64,000 bases of DNA, from positions 8,960 to 72,959 of the forward strand of contig JBBTFS010000016.1 of the NCBI GenBank assembly GCA_038060705.1, in the 5' to 3' direction. A program made the position numbers and the translations under genes. This DNA is from Gemmatimonadota bacterium. GTDB lineage: Bacteria; Gemmatimonadota; Gemmatimonadetes; Gemmatimonadales; Gemmatimonadaceae. The notes beneath the pieces are model-generated. The model saw only the letters and a list, made by a program, of their open reading frames with translations. It made no database searches and had not been told where the DNA came from. This document shows positions 1-9,814 of this stretch, piece after piece. Within the stretch, counting starts at the first letter, position 1. Each line of letters begins with the position of its first letter.

Positions 1-866
1 TCCGCCTGCGCGTCGGTGAGCGCGGTACCCATGGGCGCCACCACGGTCTCGATGCCGGCAGCCATAAGGCGCACGCAGTCGAAGTACCCTTCCACGAGCA
101 TCACGCGGTCGTCACGCCGTATCGGCTGCTTGGCCCAATTGAGGCCGTAGAGCGTGTGGCTCTTCTGGAAGGTCGGCGACTCAGGCGAATTGAGATACTT
201 CGGCTCGCTTGGGCCAATCACGCGGCCCCCGAACGCGATCACGCGGCCCTGCGCATCGTAGATCGGGAAGATGAGCCGATTCCGGAATCGCGGCCGTGGG
301 TCCTCTCCTTCCTCACGCACGACGTACAGGCCAGCGGTCGCCAGCGTGGCCACGTCGTACCCCAATGACTCCATGTGCTCGCGCAAGCCCTCCCCGCGCG
401 GCGCGAACCCCAGTCCGAAGCGCTCAGCCAGATCCCGGCCAAAGTCACGTCCCTCGAGGTACTCGCGTGCTGCCGCGCCCGCATCGCCCCAGAGCGCGCG
501 ACTGAACCAGTCCGCCGCTGCCGCGTTGATCTCCCAGAAGCGCTCGCGGGGATCCGGGCCGGCGTCGCGCGAGCGCGAGACCTCGGTGACCTCCACGCCG
601 GCCTTCTCACCCACGTATTTCACCGCGCCAACGAAGTCGAGCCCGAGTCGCTTCTGCACGAAGGTGAACACGTCGCCCTTTTCGTGACAGACGAAACAGT
701 GGTATCCACCCTTGGGTGACACGGAAAAGTTCGCGTCCTTGCCTTGATGAAACGGGCACGGTCCGCGATAGCTGGTGCCGACGCGCTTGAGCTTGACGTG
801 TTCGCCGATCACCTGAACGATGTCGGCCTGCTCGCGCACCCGTTCGACGACGTCGTCCGGAATCAC
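1..866 (-). CDS. dnaG: DNA primase DnaG, N-terminal ~288 codons (C-terminal part lies beyond the left edge)
   Basis: Absent from the ORF track because it is truncated. My reverse-strand translation from GTG 864-866 gives ...YRGPCPFHQGKDANFSVSPKGGYHCFVCHEKGDVFTFV (CHC2 zinc finger), then KYLNSPESPTFQKSHTLYGLNWAK...VMLVEGYFDCV (primase core/TOPRIM). The GTG overlaps the mutS2 stop (GTGA). Confidence 0.9.
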   Translation of the reverse strand, partial: MIPDDVVERVREQADIVQVIGEHVKLKRVGTSYRGPCPFHQGKDANFSVSPKGGYHCFVCHEKGDVFTFVQKRLGLDFVGAVKYVGEKAGVEVTEVSRSRDAGPDPRERFWEINAAAADWFSRALWGDAGAAAREYLEGRDFGRDLAERFGLGFAPRGEGLREHMESLGYDVATLATAGLYVVREEGEDPRPRFRNRLIFPIYDAQGRVIAFGGRVIGPSEPKYLNSPESPTFQKSHTLYGLNWAKQPIRRDDRVMLVEGYFDCVRLMAAGIETVVAPMGTALTDAQA

Positions 867-3259
867 TGCAGGTCCGCCATCGTGACACCGCTGCCGCCTT
901 CGGTCCAGCCGCCGAGACGGAACTGTTTCACGCGGGTGTCCTTCTTGAGCATTTCGGTCACACGATCGCGCAATGCGCCAGTTCCCTTCCCATGGATGAT
1001 GCGCAACGCTGGCAGGTCCGCACGGATGGCGTCGTCGATCGCACGAAACAGGAGGGGTTCCATTTCATCGACCCGCAGGCCGCGGAGGTCCACTTCCCCA
1101 CGCGCCTCGGCGTCTGGAACATCGCCGCGAACGGGCGCGGCCGCCACCGGCTCCCCGGACTCGTCCTTCACCAACGCCGCCAGCGGTACCGTGACCTTCA
1201 TGGACCCGACGGTCACGAGCGCGTCCGTGCCGCGCACCTCGAGGATGCGTCCTCGCTTACCGCCAAGTGTGGCGACGGTGGCGAAGTCCCCAACCACGAC
1301 CGCGGCGGTGCCTGCCTTGGTTTTCGGGCGTCGGGAACTGGCAAGTTCATCGCGTTCTTCCGCATCCAGTAGCTCCAGCGCCTCCGCGTGCTTGCCCGCC
1401 AGCTGTTCTGTCTGCTGCCTGGCCAGGCGTGCCTTGTCCGCGACGTCGTCACTTCCCGCTTTCCTGAGTTCGCGAACGGTCCGCTCGATCTCGGCCCGCG
1501 CATTCAGCAGGTACTTGCGCGCTTCCTCGCGCGATTGCCGCTCCACCTCACGTTCGCGCTCTCGAACACTGTTCTCACGGGCGCTGATGCGCAGATTGCG
1601 CCGTTTGGCGTCATCGAGCAGCTCGGCCAGCTCGGCCTCACGCGACGCCAGCATGGCGCGCTGCACCTCGAGCCGCTGGAGCAGTGTTGCCGTCTCACGC
1701 TCGGCGCGTGGCACCCGCGCCTCCGCCCTGGCGACTATTTCCTCAGGCAGACGCAGCCGTCGCGCAATGCTGATGCCGTAGGAACGACCGGGGACGCCCT
1801 TGGAAAAGCGGTACGTGGGCGCGAGATGCTCCTCGTCGAACTGCAGGGATCCGTTCACCACGCTCGCAACTTGAGTGGCGAGCTCTTTGAGGGCGCCGAG
1901 GTGCGAACTCGCCAGGGTGCTCGTGCCGCGCTCGGTCAGCGCCTCGAGAATGGCCCAGCCCAGCGCGGCGCCTTCCAGCGGATCTGTGCCGGAACCCAGC
2001 TCGTCGATCAATACCAGAGACGATGCCGTGGCCGACTCGAGAATCTCGGCGAGGTTCCGCAGGTGTGCGCTGAACGTGGAAAGGCTCGCCTCGATGGACT
2101 GCTCGTCACCGATGTCGGCGAAGTAGTCGTCGAATACCGCGAACGCCGATCCCGGCGCGGCAGTCGGAGGGATTCCCGACTGCGCCATGGCCGACAACAG
2201 GCCCACGGCTTTGAGCAGCACGGTCTTGCCGCCAGTGTTGGGACCGGAGACGACCAGCGTTCGCTCGCTCGCGTCCATCGCCAGGTCGAACGGAACCGCG
2301 TCAACGCCACCCGCCAACAACAACGGATGCTTGCCACCGACGATCGCCCATCCGGCCGATGGATCATTGAATAGTGGCGCGCCCGCGTTCAGCGCATCCG
2401 CCCACGCGGCGCGCGCATGCAACGAATCCAGTTCGGACAGCGCATCCAGGCTCGCGAGCAAAGCGTCGCGATGCGGGCGCAGCATCTCCGTGAGTTCGGC
2501 CAGCACGCGTTCGACTTCCTCGCGCTCCTCAGCCTCGAGTTCGCGCAGCCGATTGCTGAACTCAATCGCGGCCGGCGGCTCGACGAATACCGTTGCGCCG
2601 GTGGCCGACGCATCGTGCACGATACCGCCGATCGCCGATCGGCCCTCGCGACGCACGGGGATGACGTAGCGGCCGTTACGCACCGTGACCGACATGTCCG
2701 GCACGCGGAGGCTGTCGTCCAGCTTGGCCAGTTGCCGTTCCAGCACCTTCACCAACTCGCCTTCCGAAGCCCTCAGCTCACGGCGAACGCGACGCAGCGC
2801 CGGCGACGCGTTGTCATTCACAGTCGCGTCATCGGCGATCGCCTTGTCGAGCGCGGTTGCCAGGGTCTTGTCGTGAAAGAGCCGGTCGCCAAGCGCCGAC
2901 AGGACGGCGCGTGGCGCGGGTGGACGCTTCTCGTCACGCAGGGCTTCTCGGGTTCGCCGCGCTCCCTGAAGCAGCAAACGGGCGTCGCGAAGCTCGTCGG
3001 CTCGCCACGACAGTCCCGCGATGCGGAGACGGTCCAAGGCCACTGTCATCGGCGGCACGCGCTCGGCGCCAAGCGGCGGCTCGCCGGCTCGCAACGCGCG
3101 AACCGCGGCGACACGGGAATGCTCCCGGTGGATCCATTGGCGGTCGGCGGACGGATGCAGCGCGCGGACGCGCGCGGCCCCAGGTTCCGACACTGCCCGG
3201 CCAGCCACGTCGTCGAGCACCCGAGGAAACTCGAGCACGGAGAGCGCGTGCTGGTTCAC
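863..3259 (-). CDS. mutS2: Endonuclease MutS2 (MutS-family ATPase with C-terminal Smr domain)
   Basis: 798-aa ORF. Walker A GPNTGGKTVLLKAVG, MutS signature LVLIDELGSGTDP, C-terminal Smr motif LRIIHGKGTGALR. Confidence 0.93.
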   Translation of the reverse strand: MNQHALSVLEFPRVLDDVAGRAVSEPGAARVRALHPSADRQWIHREHSRVAAVRALRAGEPPLGAERVPPMTVALDRLRIAGLSWRADELRDARLLLQGARRTREALRDEKRPPAPRAVLSALGDRLFHDKTLATALDKAIADDATVNDNASPALRRVRRELRASEGELVKVLERQLAKLDDSLRVPDMSVTVRNGRYVIPVRREGRSAIGGIVHDASATGATVFVEPPAAIEFSNRLRELEAEEREEVERVLAELTEMLRPHRDALLASLDALSELDSLHARAAWADALNAGAPLFNDPSAGWAIVGGKHPLLLAGGVDAVPFDLAMDASERTLVVSGPNTGGKTVLLKAVGLLSAMAQSGIPPTAAPGSAFAVFDDYFADIGDEQSIEASLSTFSAHLRNLAEILESATASSLVLIDELGSGTDPLEGAALGWAILEALTERGTSTLASSHLGALKELATQVASVVNGSLQFDEEHLAPTYRFSKGVPGRSYGISIARRLRLPEEIVARAEARVPRAERETATLLQRLEVQRAMLASREAELAELLDDAKRRNLRISARENSVREREREVERQSREEARKYLLNARAEIERTVRELRKAGSDDVADKARLARQQTEQLAGKHAEALELLDAEERDELASSRRPKTKAGTAAVVVGDFATVATLGGKRGRILEVRGTDALVTVGSMKVTVPLAALVKDESGEPVAAAPVRGDVPDAEARGEVDLRGLRVDEMEPLLFRAIDDAIRADLPALRIIHGKGTGALRDRVTEMLKKDTRVKQFRLGGWTEGGSGVTMADLQ

Positions 3260-3705
3260 TTGCCCGCGAGTTCCTCCCGAACGATCGCGCTGATGACGCC
3301 ACCCTCCGCCTTGCCCTTGAACTGCGGCATCACTTTGCCCATCACGGCGCCGACGTTGTTGGCGCCACCGGCGATGGCGGCCTTCACCGCCACGCGAATA
3401 TCGTCGGTGCTGGCCTGCGGTGGCAGGTACGCCTCGAGCTGCGTCACCTCGTCGCGCTCCTTCTTCACCAGCTCGGGACGATTCGCCTTCTCGTACGCTT
3501 CGACCGATTCCTTCCGCTTCTTGATTCCCTTGCGCAGCACTTCCACGACGTCATCGTCGGTCAGATCCCGGTCGAGTTCGATCTCCCGGTTCTTGAGGTC
3601 GGAGAGCGTGGTGCCGAGACACAGCGTCGCCTCAGGGGTGCGCGCCTTGCGTGAGGCGTTCAGGTCTTCCTGGAGTTTGGCCCGCAGTTTTAATGCTTCA
3701 CTCAT
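3256..3705 (-). CDS. GatB/YqeY domain-containing protein
   Basis: 149-aa ORF with a typical YqeY layout (…KERDEVTQLEAYLPPQ…AVMGKVMPQFKGKAEGG…). Its stop overlaps the mutS2 GTG. Confidence 0.8.
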   Translation of the reverse strand: MSEALKLRAKLQEDLNASRKARTPEATLCLGTTLSDLKNREIELDRDLTDDDVVEVLRKGIKKRKESVEAYEKANRPELVKKERDEVTQLEAYLPPQASTDDIRVAVKAAIAGGANNVGAVMGKVMPQFKGKAEGGVISAIVREELAGK

Positions 3706-3714
3706 GGGTTCAAG

Positions 3715-4056
3715 CTAACCCGGCGGCCACGTCATCCGCCGTCCGGCGAGGATGTGCAGATGGAGATGATGCACTGTCTGGCCGCCGTCATCGTTCGTGT
3801 TGATGACGGTGCGATAACCGCGGGCCGCGAACCCTTCGGACTTGGCGATTTGCGCCGCCATCGCGAAGAGTTCGGCTACGACACTGAGGTCATTCACGTC
3901 GTTCAACGACGCCACGTGATGCCTGGGAATGACGAGGACGTGCGTTGGCGCCTGCGCGTTGATGTCCCCGAACGCCAGACACTGCTCATTCTCGGCAACA
4001 ACCGAGGCGGGTATTTCCTTGCGTACGATGCGGCAGAAGAGGCAGTCCGTCGCCAC
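3715..4056 (-). CDS. HIT-family (histidine triad) nucleotide hydrolase
   Basis: Histidine triad HHLHLHILAG near the C-terminus. Start trimmed to the in-frame GTG at 4054-4056, immediately after the rsmE stop. The track's 152-aa version would overlap rsmE. Confidence 0.85.
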   Translation of the reverse strand: MATDCLFCRIVRKEIPASVVAENEQCLAFGDINAQAPTHVLVIPRHHVASLNDVNDLSVVAELFAMAAQIAKSEGFAARGYRTVINTNDDGGQTVHHLHLHILAGRRMTWPPG

Positions 4057-4057
4057 G

Positions 4058-4804
4058 TCACGAGCTCCGCTGAGTGAGTTGCACTGCGCGAACAACGGCC
4101 GCTGCTGAGACGACCGCCGTCTCGAAGCGCAGCAGGCTGGGTCCAAGCGAAGCCAGGCGCCAGCCCAGGGCAAGGCCCGCGTGGATCTCTTCTTGCTCGA
4201 AACCTCCTTCCGGGCCCACGGCCAGCGCCGCGGGTGCCTTGAGGTTCAGGCCGGCCAACGGCTCCCCGGCTGCGTCCAGCATGATCCGCGTGTGCGAGGA
4301 CGGCACGGCGCTCAATGCGGCCGCCATGCCGGTATCGAGATGGACATCGGGCATCCACGCGCCGCCACTCTGTTCCAGGGCGCCGCGCATTCGCGCCGTC
4401 AATTTGTCCGCGAATTTCGCGCCTTCGCCGCGGTTCGCCACGCTGCTCGACCTCGCCCAAAGCACCGGCCGCCAGGACGTCACTTGGTGCTCCACGCACT
4501 TTTCCGCGGCCCAGAGCATTCGTTCCCGGTCCGCGACCGGCGCCAGAATCTCGATTGCTGGCGGCCGGGGCACGAAATCCACGCTGTCGACCTCCACCGA
4601 GATTCGGGATCGGGTCGCCTCGGCGACCCAGCCGCGTGCCACCGAGCCCTTTCCCGATACGAGATGGACCAGATCGCCCGCGGCCAGTCGGCGCACGAGG
4701 CCGTGCCGCAGGGCGTCGTCCGCAAGCGGAATCACGGAGCCGGCGGCCACCTGCTCACCCCAGTAGAACGTTGCTACGACCGAACGATTGCCGCGCTCCA
4801 CCAC
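4058..4804 (-). CDS. rsmE: 16S rRNA (uracil1498-N3)-methyltransferase RsmE
   Basis: 248-aa ORF with the RsmE C-terminal motif LAVGPEGGFEQEEI. The start (GTG 4804 or 4801) overlaps the prmA 3' end by about 30 nt. Confidence 0.85.
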   Translation of the reverse strand: MVERGNRSVVATFYWGEQVAAGSVIPLADDALRHGLVRRLAAGDLVHLVSGKGSVARGWVAEATRSRISVEVDSVDFVPRPPAIEILAPVADRERMLWAAEKCVEHQVTSWRPVLWARSSSVANRGEGAKFADKLTARMRGALEQSGGAWMPDVHLDTGMAAALSAVPSSHTRIMLDAAGEPLAGLNLKAPAALAVGPEGGFEQEEIHAGLALGWRLASLGPSLLRFETAVVSAAAVVRAVQLTQRSS

Positions 4805-5601
4805 AGACCTTCCTCGTCGGTTGAGGTGATGTTCCAGTTGCCCTCGCGCAGCGCAGCGCGGATATGGTCCGCTTCTTCTGTCAGGATGCCGCCGAGGATG
4901 GCTCGGCCCTCAGCGCCAACCGCCGCCGCGATCAACGGCAGCAACTCGATCAAGACGGGCGTCACGATATTGGCCAGCACCACCTGCACCGGGGCCACCA
5001 AAGGCAGCATGAGGAATGCGTCGCCCTCCATCATGGTGACCGATGTCGCTACGTCGTTGAGTTGGACATTCATGGCAGCGTTGCCCGCGGCATCCGGATC
5101 ATTCTCAATACCATATACATGGCGCGCGCCCAGCTTGGCGGCTGCGATACCCAGCACTCCGCTGCCCGAGCCCAGGTCAGCCACCACGTCGCCTCGTCGG
5201 AGAACGCCCGGCAGCAGGCGCAGCACCCCGCGCGTGGTCTCGTGATCGCCGGTACCGAACGCCATGCCGGGCTCGATGATGATCCGCTCTTCCTTCGAGA
5301 AGCCGCCCGAAAGCCATGGCGGGGTGACGACCAGGTTGCCCACGTGACGCGGCTTGAGGTGAGTGCGCCACTCGACGGTCCAGTCCACATCGGGGGTTGG
5401 CATCGCAGTCAGTGCCGCTGTGGCGTCCGCCGCGACTATTGCCCGGGTGAGGGCCGCCATGTCCGGAGAACGCAGGTGCGTCACGACCTCGGACTCCAGT
5501 TCCTGGACGCCTTCAGCGCCGAACTCGAACAAGGCGCGCACCACGGCGGCGCGGTCCGACGCGTCGCGAACGCGTATCGCAGTCCAGCCGGATAGCGTCA
5601 C
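4774..5601 (-). CDS. prmA: Ribosomal protein L11 methyltransferase PrmA
   Basis: 275 aa. [12 protein letters not shown] and SAM-binding [20 protein letters not shown] motifs. GTGA overlap with the dnaJ stop. Confidence 0.9.
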   Translation of the reverse strand: MTLSGWTAIRVRDASDRAAVVRALFEFGAEGVQELESEVVTHLRSPDMAALTRAIVAADATAALTAMPTPDVDWTVEWRTHLKPRHVGNLVVTPPWLSGGFSKEERIIIEPGMAFGTGDHETTRGVLRLLPGVLRRGDVVADLGSGSGVLGIAAAKLGARHVYGIENDPDAAGNAAMNVQLNDVATSVTMMEGDAFLMLPLVAPVQVVLANIVTPVLIELLPLIAAAVGAEGRAILGGILTEEADHIRAALREGNWNITSTDEEGLWWSAAIVRS

Positions 5602-6728
5602 GCGCCAAGCGCGTCGCGCATCCGTGTCCAGAAACTTTTGCCGCGATCAACCGGCACGCTCTTTTGTACCGCGGCCAGCTCGTTGATGAGCTGCTTCTCC
5701 TTCTCCGTGAGACGCTCGGGCGTCCACAGCTGCACGCGGACGTGCAGGTCCCCGGTGCCGCCCGTGTTCACGCGGGGCAGGCCACGTCCGCGCAGGTGAA
5801 ACACCTGCCCGCTTTGGGTTCCCTCCGGCACGGTGAGCATGACGGTGCCCGTGACCGTCGGCACGGTCACTTCACCGCCCAGCACGAGCTGCGCGTACGT
5901 CATCAGCACCTCGGTATAGAGGTCTTCGCCATCGCGGTCGAACCGCGGGTCCTCGGCCACATCGAACACGACATGGATGTCGCCGCGCGCCCCGCCCCGA
6001 ACGCCGGCATTTCCCACGCCGCGAAGTGTCATGTACTGACCGGTCGCGACCCCCGCGGGGACCTGCACCTTGAGATCCTTGTCGGCACGAACGCGGCCTT
6101 CGCCACGGCATTTCTTGCACGGCGACGCGATGACGCTGCCTTCACCCTTGCACGTCGGACACGGCGCCACCGTAACGAACTGGCCGAAGAATGAACGCTG
6201 CGCCCGCTGCACTTCACCGCTGCCCCGGCAACTCGGACACGTTTCGGCGCTGGAGCCCGGCTCGGCGCCGCGGCCTTCGCATCGGTCGCACGGTTCGAGG
6301 AGCTTCAGGTGCACGACCTTCTCGACGCCGCTGGAGACTTCCGGCACCGTCAGCGCCACGGTGACCTTGACGTCCGTGCCGCTGTGCACGCCGCCCTGAC
6401 GGCCCGTGGTGAACATGCCCTCGAATCCGCCGATGCCGAAATCGCGCATAAAAACGCTGAGCGCCTCGGACAGATCGAAATGGTGGAACCCGGCGGCGCC
6501 GGCGCCGCCACGAAGGCCGGCCTCACCGTAGCGATCGTACGCTTCGCGCTTGGTGGGATCGCGCAGGACGTCGTATGCTTCCGTCAGCGACTTGAACTTC
6601 TCTTCCGCTTCCGACGACCCGCTGTTGCGGTCCGGATGCCAGCGCATCGCCAGTTTGCGATATGCCGTCTTGATCTCTTCGTCCGTCGCGGTACGGCCGA
6701 CCCCGAGTACGTGGTAGTAGTCCGCCAT
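5598..6728 (-). CDS. dnaJ: Molecular chaperone DnaJ
   Basis: 376 aa. J domain (DYYHVLGV…HPDRN), G-rich linker and four CxxCxGxG zinc-finger repeats. Confidence 0.96.
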   Translation of the reverse strand: MADYYHVLGVGRTATDEEIKTAYRKLAMRWHPDRNSGSSEAEEKFKSLTEAYDVLRDPTKREAYDRYGEAGLRGGAGAAGFHHFDLSEALSVFMRDFGIGGFEGMFTTGRQGGVHSGTDVKVTVALTVPEVSSGVEKVVHLKLLEPCDRCEGRGAEPGSSAETCPSCRGSGEVQRAQRSFFGQFVTVAPCPTCKGEGSVIASPCKKCRGEGRVRADKDLKVQVPAGVATGQYMTLRGVGNAGVRGGARGDIHVVFDVAEDPRFDRDGEDLYTEVLMTYAQLVLGGEVTVPTVTGTVMLTVPEGTQSGQVFHLRGRGLPRVNTGGTGDLHVRVQLWTPERLTEKEKQLINELAAVQKSVPVDRGKSFWTRMRDALGA

Positions 6729-6730
6729 GA

Positions 6731-7780
6731 TCAGTCGAGGAGGTCCGACAGCAATCGCGACGTGTGGTTCACGAGTGAAATCACTTTCTCGTACGGCATA
6801 CGCGTCGGGCCAATGACGCCGATGACACCGGACAAAGAACCGGTGTGATATTCGGCGGTCACGACCGTGAAATCGCGCAGCCGCTCATCCTGATGCTCAC
6901 CGCCGATCGTGATCGAGATCCCGGACGTTTCGCCCCGCTTGCGCAGCGCGTCCACCAGTGCTTCGGGCCGCTCCGTGAGCTCGATCAGGCGGCGCATGCG
7001 ATCGACTTCGGCGAACTCCGGCTGGTCGGCCAACACGGACGCCTGACCCAGCACCACGCGCTCTTCACCGATGCCGATCTGGGCGTCGAACAGTGTGTCC
7101 GCTTCCTGCACGAAGATGTTCAACAACTCCTGCGCGTCCGGGACCGACACGCTATCGCGCAACCGGACTCCGAGGGACGTCCGGATGGCCTCGAGCGTGA
7201 GTCCGGACAGGCGTTCGTTGAGCACCTTGGTCACTTCGGCAAGCGCACTCGCTGCGATTGAGCCGGACACCTCGACGAACACTGTACGCACGGCACCGCC
7301 CTCGAGGGTCAGCACCATGAGGAGGCGATCGCTGTTCACGCGAACGAGATCGAGACTGCGCAGAATCGCCTGAGAGATGCGCGGTCCGAGCGCGACGCCA
7401 AGTTCCTGCGTCAGCACGCCAAGTCCCTGCGCCGCGCGCCGGAGAATCGTCTCGATGGGTGAGTCTACGGCGCTCAGCACCTCCGCGAGTCGCTCGCGCT
7501 CGGCCGTTGCGACCGCCGTTGGAGCGCCAATGAGTGAGTCCACGTAGGCGCGGTAGGCTTTGTTGGTGGGCACACGTCCGGCCGACGTGTGCGGATGGAA
7601 GAGATATCCCTTCTCCTCCAGATCGCTCATTGTGTTCCGGATTGTCGCGGGCGAAACGCCCAGACCAAACCGGCGAGACAGTGCCCTCGAGCCCGCCGGT
7701 TCCGCGGTAAGGACGTAGCACTGAATGACCGCGTCCAGGACGCGCCGCTCGCGTTTCGAGAGTTCCTCGACGCGGCTCAT
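6731..7780 (-). CDS. hrcA: Heat-inducible transcription repressor HrcA
   Basis: 349 aa. N-terminal winged helix ([17 protein letters not shown]…EPAGSRALS…[18 protein letters not shown]) typical of HrcA. Confidence 0.92.
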   Translation of the reverse strand: MSRVEELSKRERRVLDAVIQCYVLTAEPAGSRALSRRFGLGVSPATIRNTMSDLEEKGYLFHPHTSAGRVPTNKAYRAYVDSLIGAPTAVATAERERLAEVLSAVDSPIETILRRAAQGLGVLTQELGVALGPRISQAILRSLDLVRVNSDRLLMVLTLEGGAVRTVFVEVSGSIAASALAEVTKVLNERLSGLTLEAIRTSLGVRLRDSVSVPDAQELLNIFVQEADTLFDAQIGIGEERVVLGQASVLADQPEFAEVDRMRRLIELTERPEALVDALRKRGETSGISITIGGEHQDERLRDFTVVTAEYHTGSLSGVIGVIGPTRMPYEKVISLVNHTSRLLSDLLD

Positions 7781-7790
7781 AAGTTCAAAC

Positions 7791-8930
7791 CTAGTAACGA
7801 CTTCGGAGCATAGTCAAGTCGGCGACGAGGGCATCCAGACGCAGCCACCCCCTGGGAGTCAAGCGAAGCACGCCTTCACGCGCCGTGGCCCACCCGCTTT
7901 CAACCCAGGTTGACGTGGCGGCTACTACGTCGGGCGACGCCGTCAGCCCGGCGGAAGTCCGCAGGCCCAGGTAGGTGCGCTCCGAATGTGCCTGGTCGGC
8001 GTCCAACTGCTCGCTGCCGGCCACGGTTTGATCGCCACGCACGGCCACCGATTCCCATGCTGCAAAGGCCTCAACGTTCCAGCGTCGCGTCGCGCCATCG
8101 AACTCGTGGGCGGACGGCCCCAGCCCACCGTAGGGCCGCCGCTGCCAGTACGCCCAGTTGTGGCGCGAGTGGCGCTGCGGCGCACCGTAGTTGGACACTT
8201 CATAGTGCTCCAGGCCGCTTGCGGTCAGTCGCTCGTGCGCCACGAGAAACTCCGACTCGAAGTTCTCCTCCGGCGCTTCGACGGTCTCGCGCCGAGCGAC
8301 CCATCGTCCGAGGGGCGTCCTCGGCTCCACCGTGAGGCCATAGACAGACAGGTGCGGCAGTCGGAGTTCCTGCGCTGCATCGAGGTCGCGCCCCCACTCG
8401 CGCCCCACGCTGGCCGGCAGTGCGAAAATCAGGTCAATGGAGATGTTGTCGATACCCGCGTCACGCGCGACAGCGACCGCCTGCCGCGCTCCCGATGCGT
8501 CATGCGTTCGGTGCATCCAGGTCAACACTCGATCGTCGAACGACTGGACGCCGATGGACAGCCGATTCACTCCTGCGTCGCGCCACCGACGCACCGCGTC
8601 GGCGGTGACGTCCTCAGGATTGGCCTCCAGAGTCACTTCGGCGTCGCCGGCCAGCGTGGCCCGCTCGCGCACCATGTCGAGGAGGCGCGCGACGCCTTCC
8701 CCGCCGAGCTTCGACGGCGTGCCGCCGCCGAAGTACAGCGTTTGCAGGGCGAACGTCGACGGCGCGTGCCTGAGGGTCCACTCGCTTCGCACAGCGTCTA
8801 CGAACGCGCCGGCCGGCACGCTGGGGCGTACCGCGATCGAAAAGTCGCAGTAGGTGCAGCGGCGGGCACAAAATGGAACGTGGATGTAGAGGTGCTCGTA
8901 CCGCACGCCGAATAGTACGTCGTCGGCCAT
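7791..8930 (-). CDS. hemW: Radical SAM heme chaperone HemW (HemN-like, oxygen-independent coproporphyrinogen oxidase family)
   Basis: LYIHVPFCARRCTYCDF (CxxxCxxC) near the N-terminus. Start trimmed to ATG 8928-8930, which shares one nt with the dprA stop (TGATG). Confidence 0.88.
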   Translation of the reverse strand: MADDVLFGVRYEHLYIHVPFCARRCTYCDFSIAVRPSVPAGAFVDAVRSEWTLRHAPSTFALQTLYFGGGTPSKLGGEGVARLLDMVRERATLAGDAEVTLEANPEDVTADAVRRWRDAGVNRLSIGVQSFDDRVLTWMHRTHDASGARQAVAVARDAGIDNISIDLIFALPASVGREWGRDLDAAQELRLPHLSVYGLTVEPRTPLGRWVARRETVEAPEENFESEFLVAHERLTASGLEHYEVSNYGAPQRHSRHNWAYWQRRPYGGLGPSAHEFDGATRRWNVEAFAAWESVAVRGDQTVAGSEQLDADQAHSERTYLGLRTSAGLTASPDVVAATSTWVESGWATAREGVLRLTPRGWLRLDALVADLTMLRSRY

Positions 8931-9814
8931 CACCGTCGGCGCACTTCTCCAGTCAGCGCGCACTCGACCGCGCCAACGAGTTCCAGCGTTGTCACCGCTA
9001 CCAGGCACTGCGCCGCCGGCAGTCCGCTTCGATGACAGAGCGTGTCCATATCCAGGCCGCCATCCGCCAACGCGCTCCACACCTTGCCCTCATTGCCGTC
9101 GGGGTCCACGCGCGGTGTCCGTGGTGGTGCCGTGAGGCCTGCGAGCGCCAGGGCGTCCTCGACCGACGTGATGATGCCGGCGCCATCGCGGATCAACAGA
9201 TTGCTCCCCTCACTCTGCGGCTGGTCGATGGGACCGGGGACAGCCGCGACGTCACGTTGCAGTTCACGGGCATGCTCGGCCGTGTTCAAGGCACCGCTTC
9301 GAACGGGTGCCTCGACGACGATGGTGAGCCGACACAGGGCCGCGATGATGCGATTGCGGCGCGGGAACGTGAACGCCATGCCGTGCTCGTCGTGCTCAAG
9401 CTCGCTGAGCAAGAGGCCTTGGCGCGCCACGGCGCGCTGCAGTTCCCGATTGCCCCTTGGAAACACGTGGTTCAAACCGGTACCCAGCACGCCGATCGTG
9501 GCGCCATTCGATTCGAGTGCGGCCCGATGCGCGGCGCTGTCGACGCCTGCTGCCAATCCGCTCACGACGCAGGCGCCTGCCCGCGCGAACGCGGTCGCAA
9601 GTTCCCGCGTCACGCGCAGGCCGTATGGGCTGGCGCGGCGCGTTCCCACGATGGCAATTCGGGGCCGAACGCCAAACGTGGCGGTGTCGCCGAGTGCCCA
9701 CAGGCCCGCAGGCCGTTCGCCGCCCAAGGCGTCGAGATCCTCGGGCCAATCGACGTCGCCGGGCGTCAGCCGCCGGACGCCGTCGGCTGGCTCAAGGAAG
9801 CGGGGTGCGCTCAT
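8930..9814 (-). CDS. dprA: DNA-processing protein DprA (Smf)
   Basis: Rossmann-like core IAIVGTRRASPYGLRVTRELATAFARAGACVVSGLAAGVDSAAH. The upstream part of the 365-aa track ORF is Arg/Trp-rich out-of-frame overlap with obg, so the start is set at ATG 9814 (23-nt overlap with obg). Confidence 0.82.
   Translation of the reverse strand: MSAPRFLEPADGVRRLTPGDVDWPEDLDALGGERPAGLWALGDTATFGVRPRIAIVGTRRASPYGLRVTRELATAFARAGACVVSGLAAGVDSAAHRAALESNGATIGVLGTGLNHVFPRGNRELQRAVARQGLLLSELEHDEHGMAFTFPRRNRIIAALCRLTIVVEAPVRSGALNTAEHARELQRDVAAVPGPIDQPQSEGSNLLIRDGAGIITSVEDALALAGLTAPPRTPRVDPDGNEGKVWSALADGGLDMDTLCHRSGLPAAQCLVAVTTLELVGAVECALTGEVRRR

Noticed and set aside
744-1781. 345-aa plus-strand ORF
   Set aside because: Antisense to mutS2/dnaG; Ser/Arg-rich low complexity.
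7781-7900. Search for a CIRCE operator upstream of hrcA
   Set aside because: No TTAGCACTC-N9-GAGTGCTAA-like inverted repeat is present. The hemW-hrcA gap is only 10 nt, so hrcA is probably co-transcribed with hemW.
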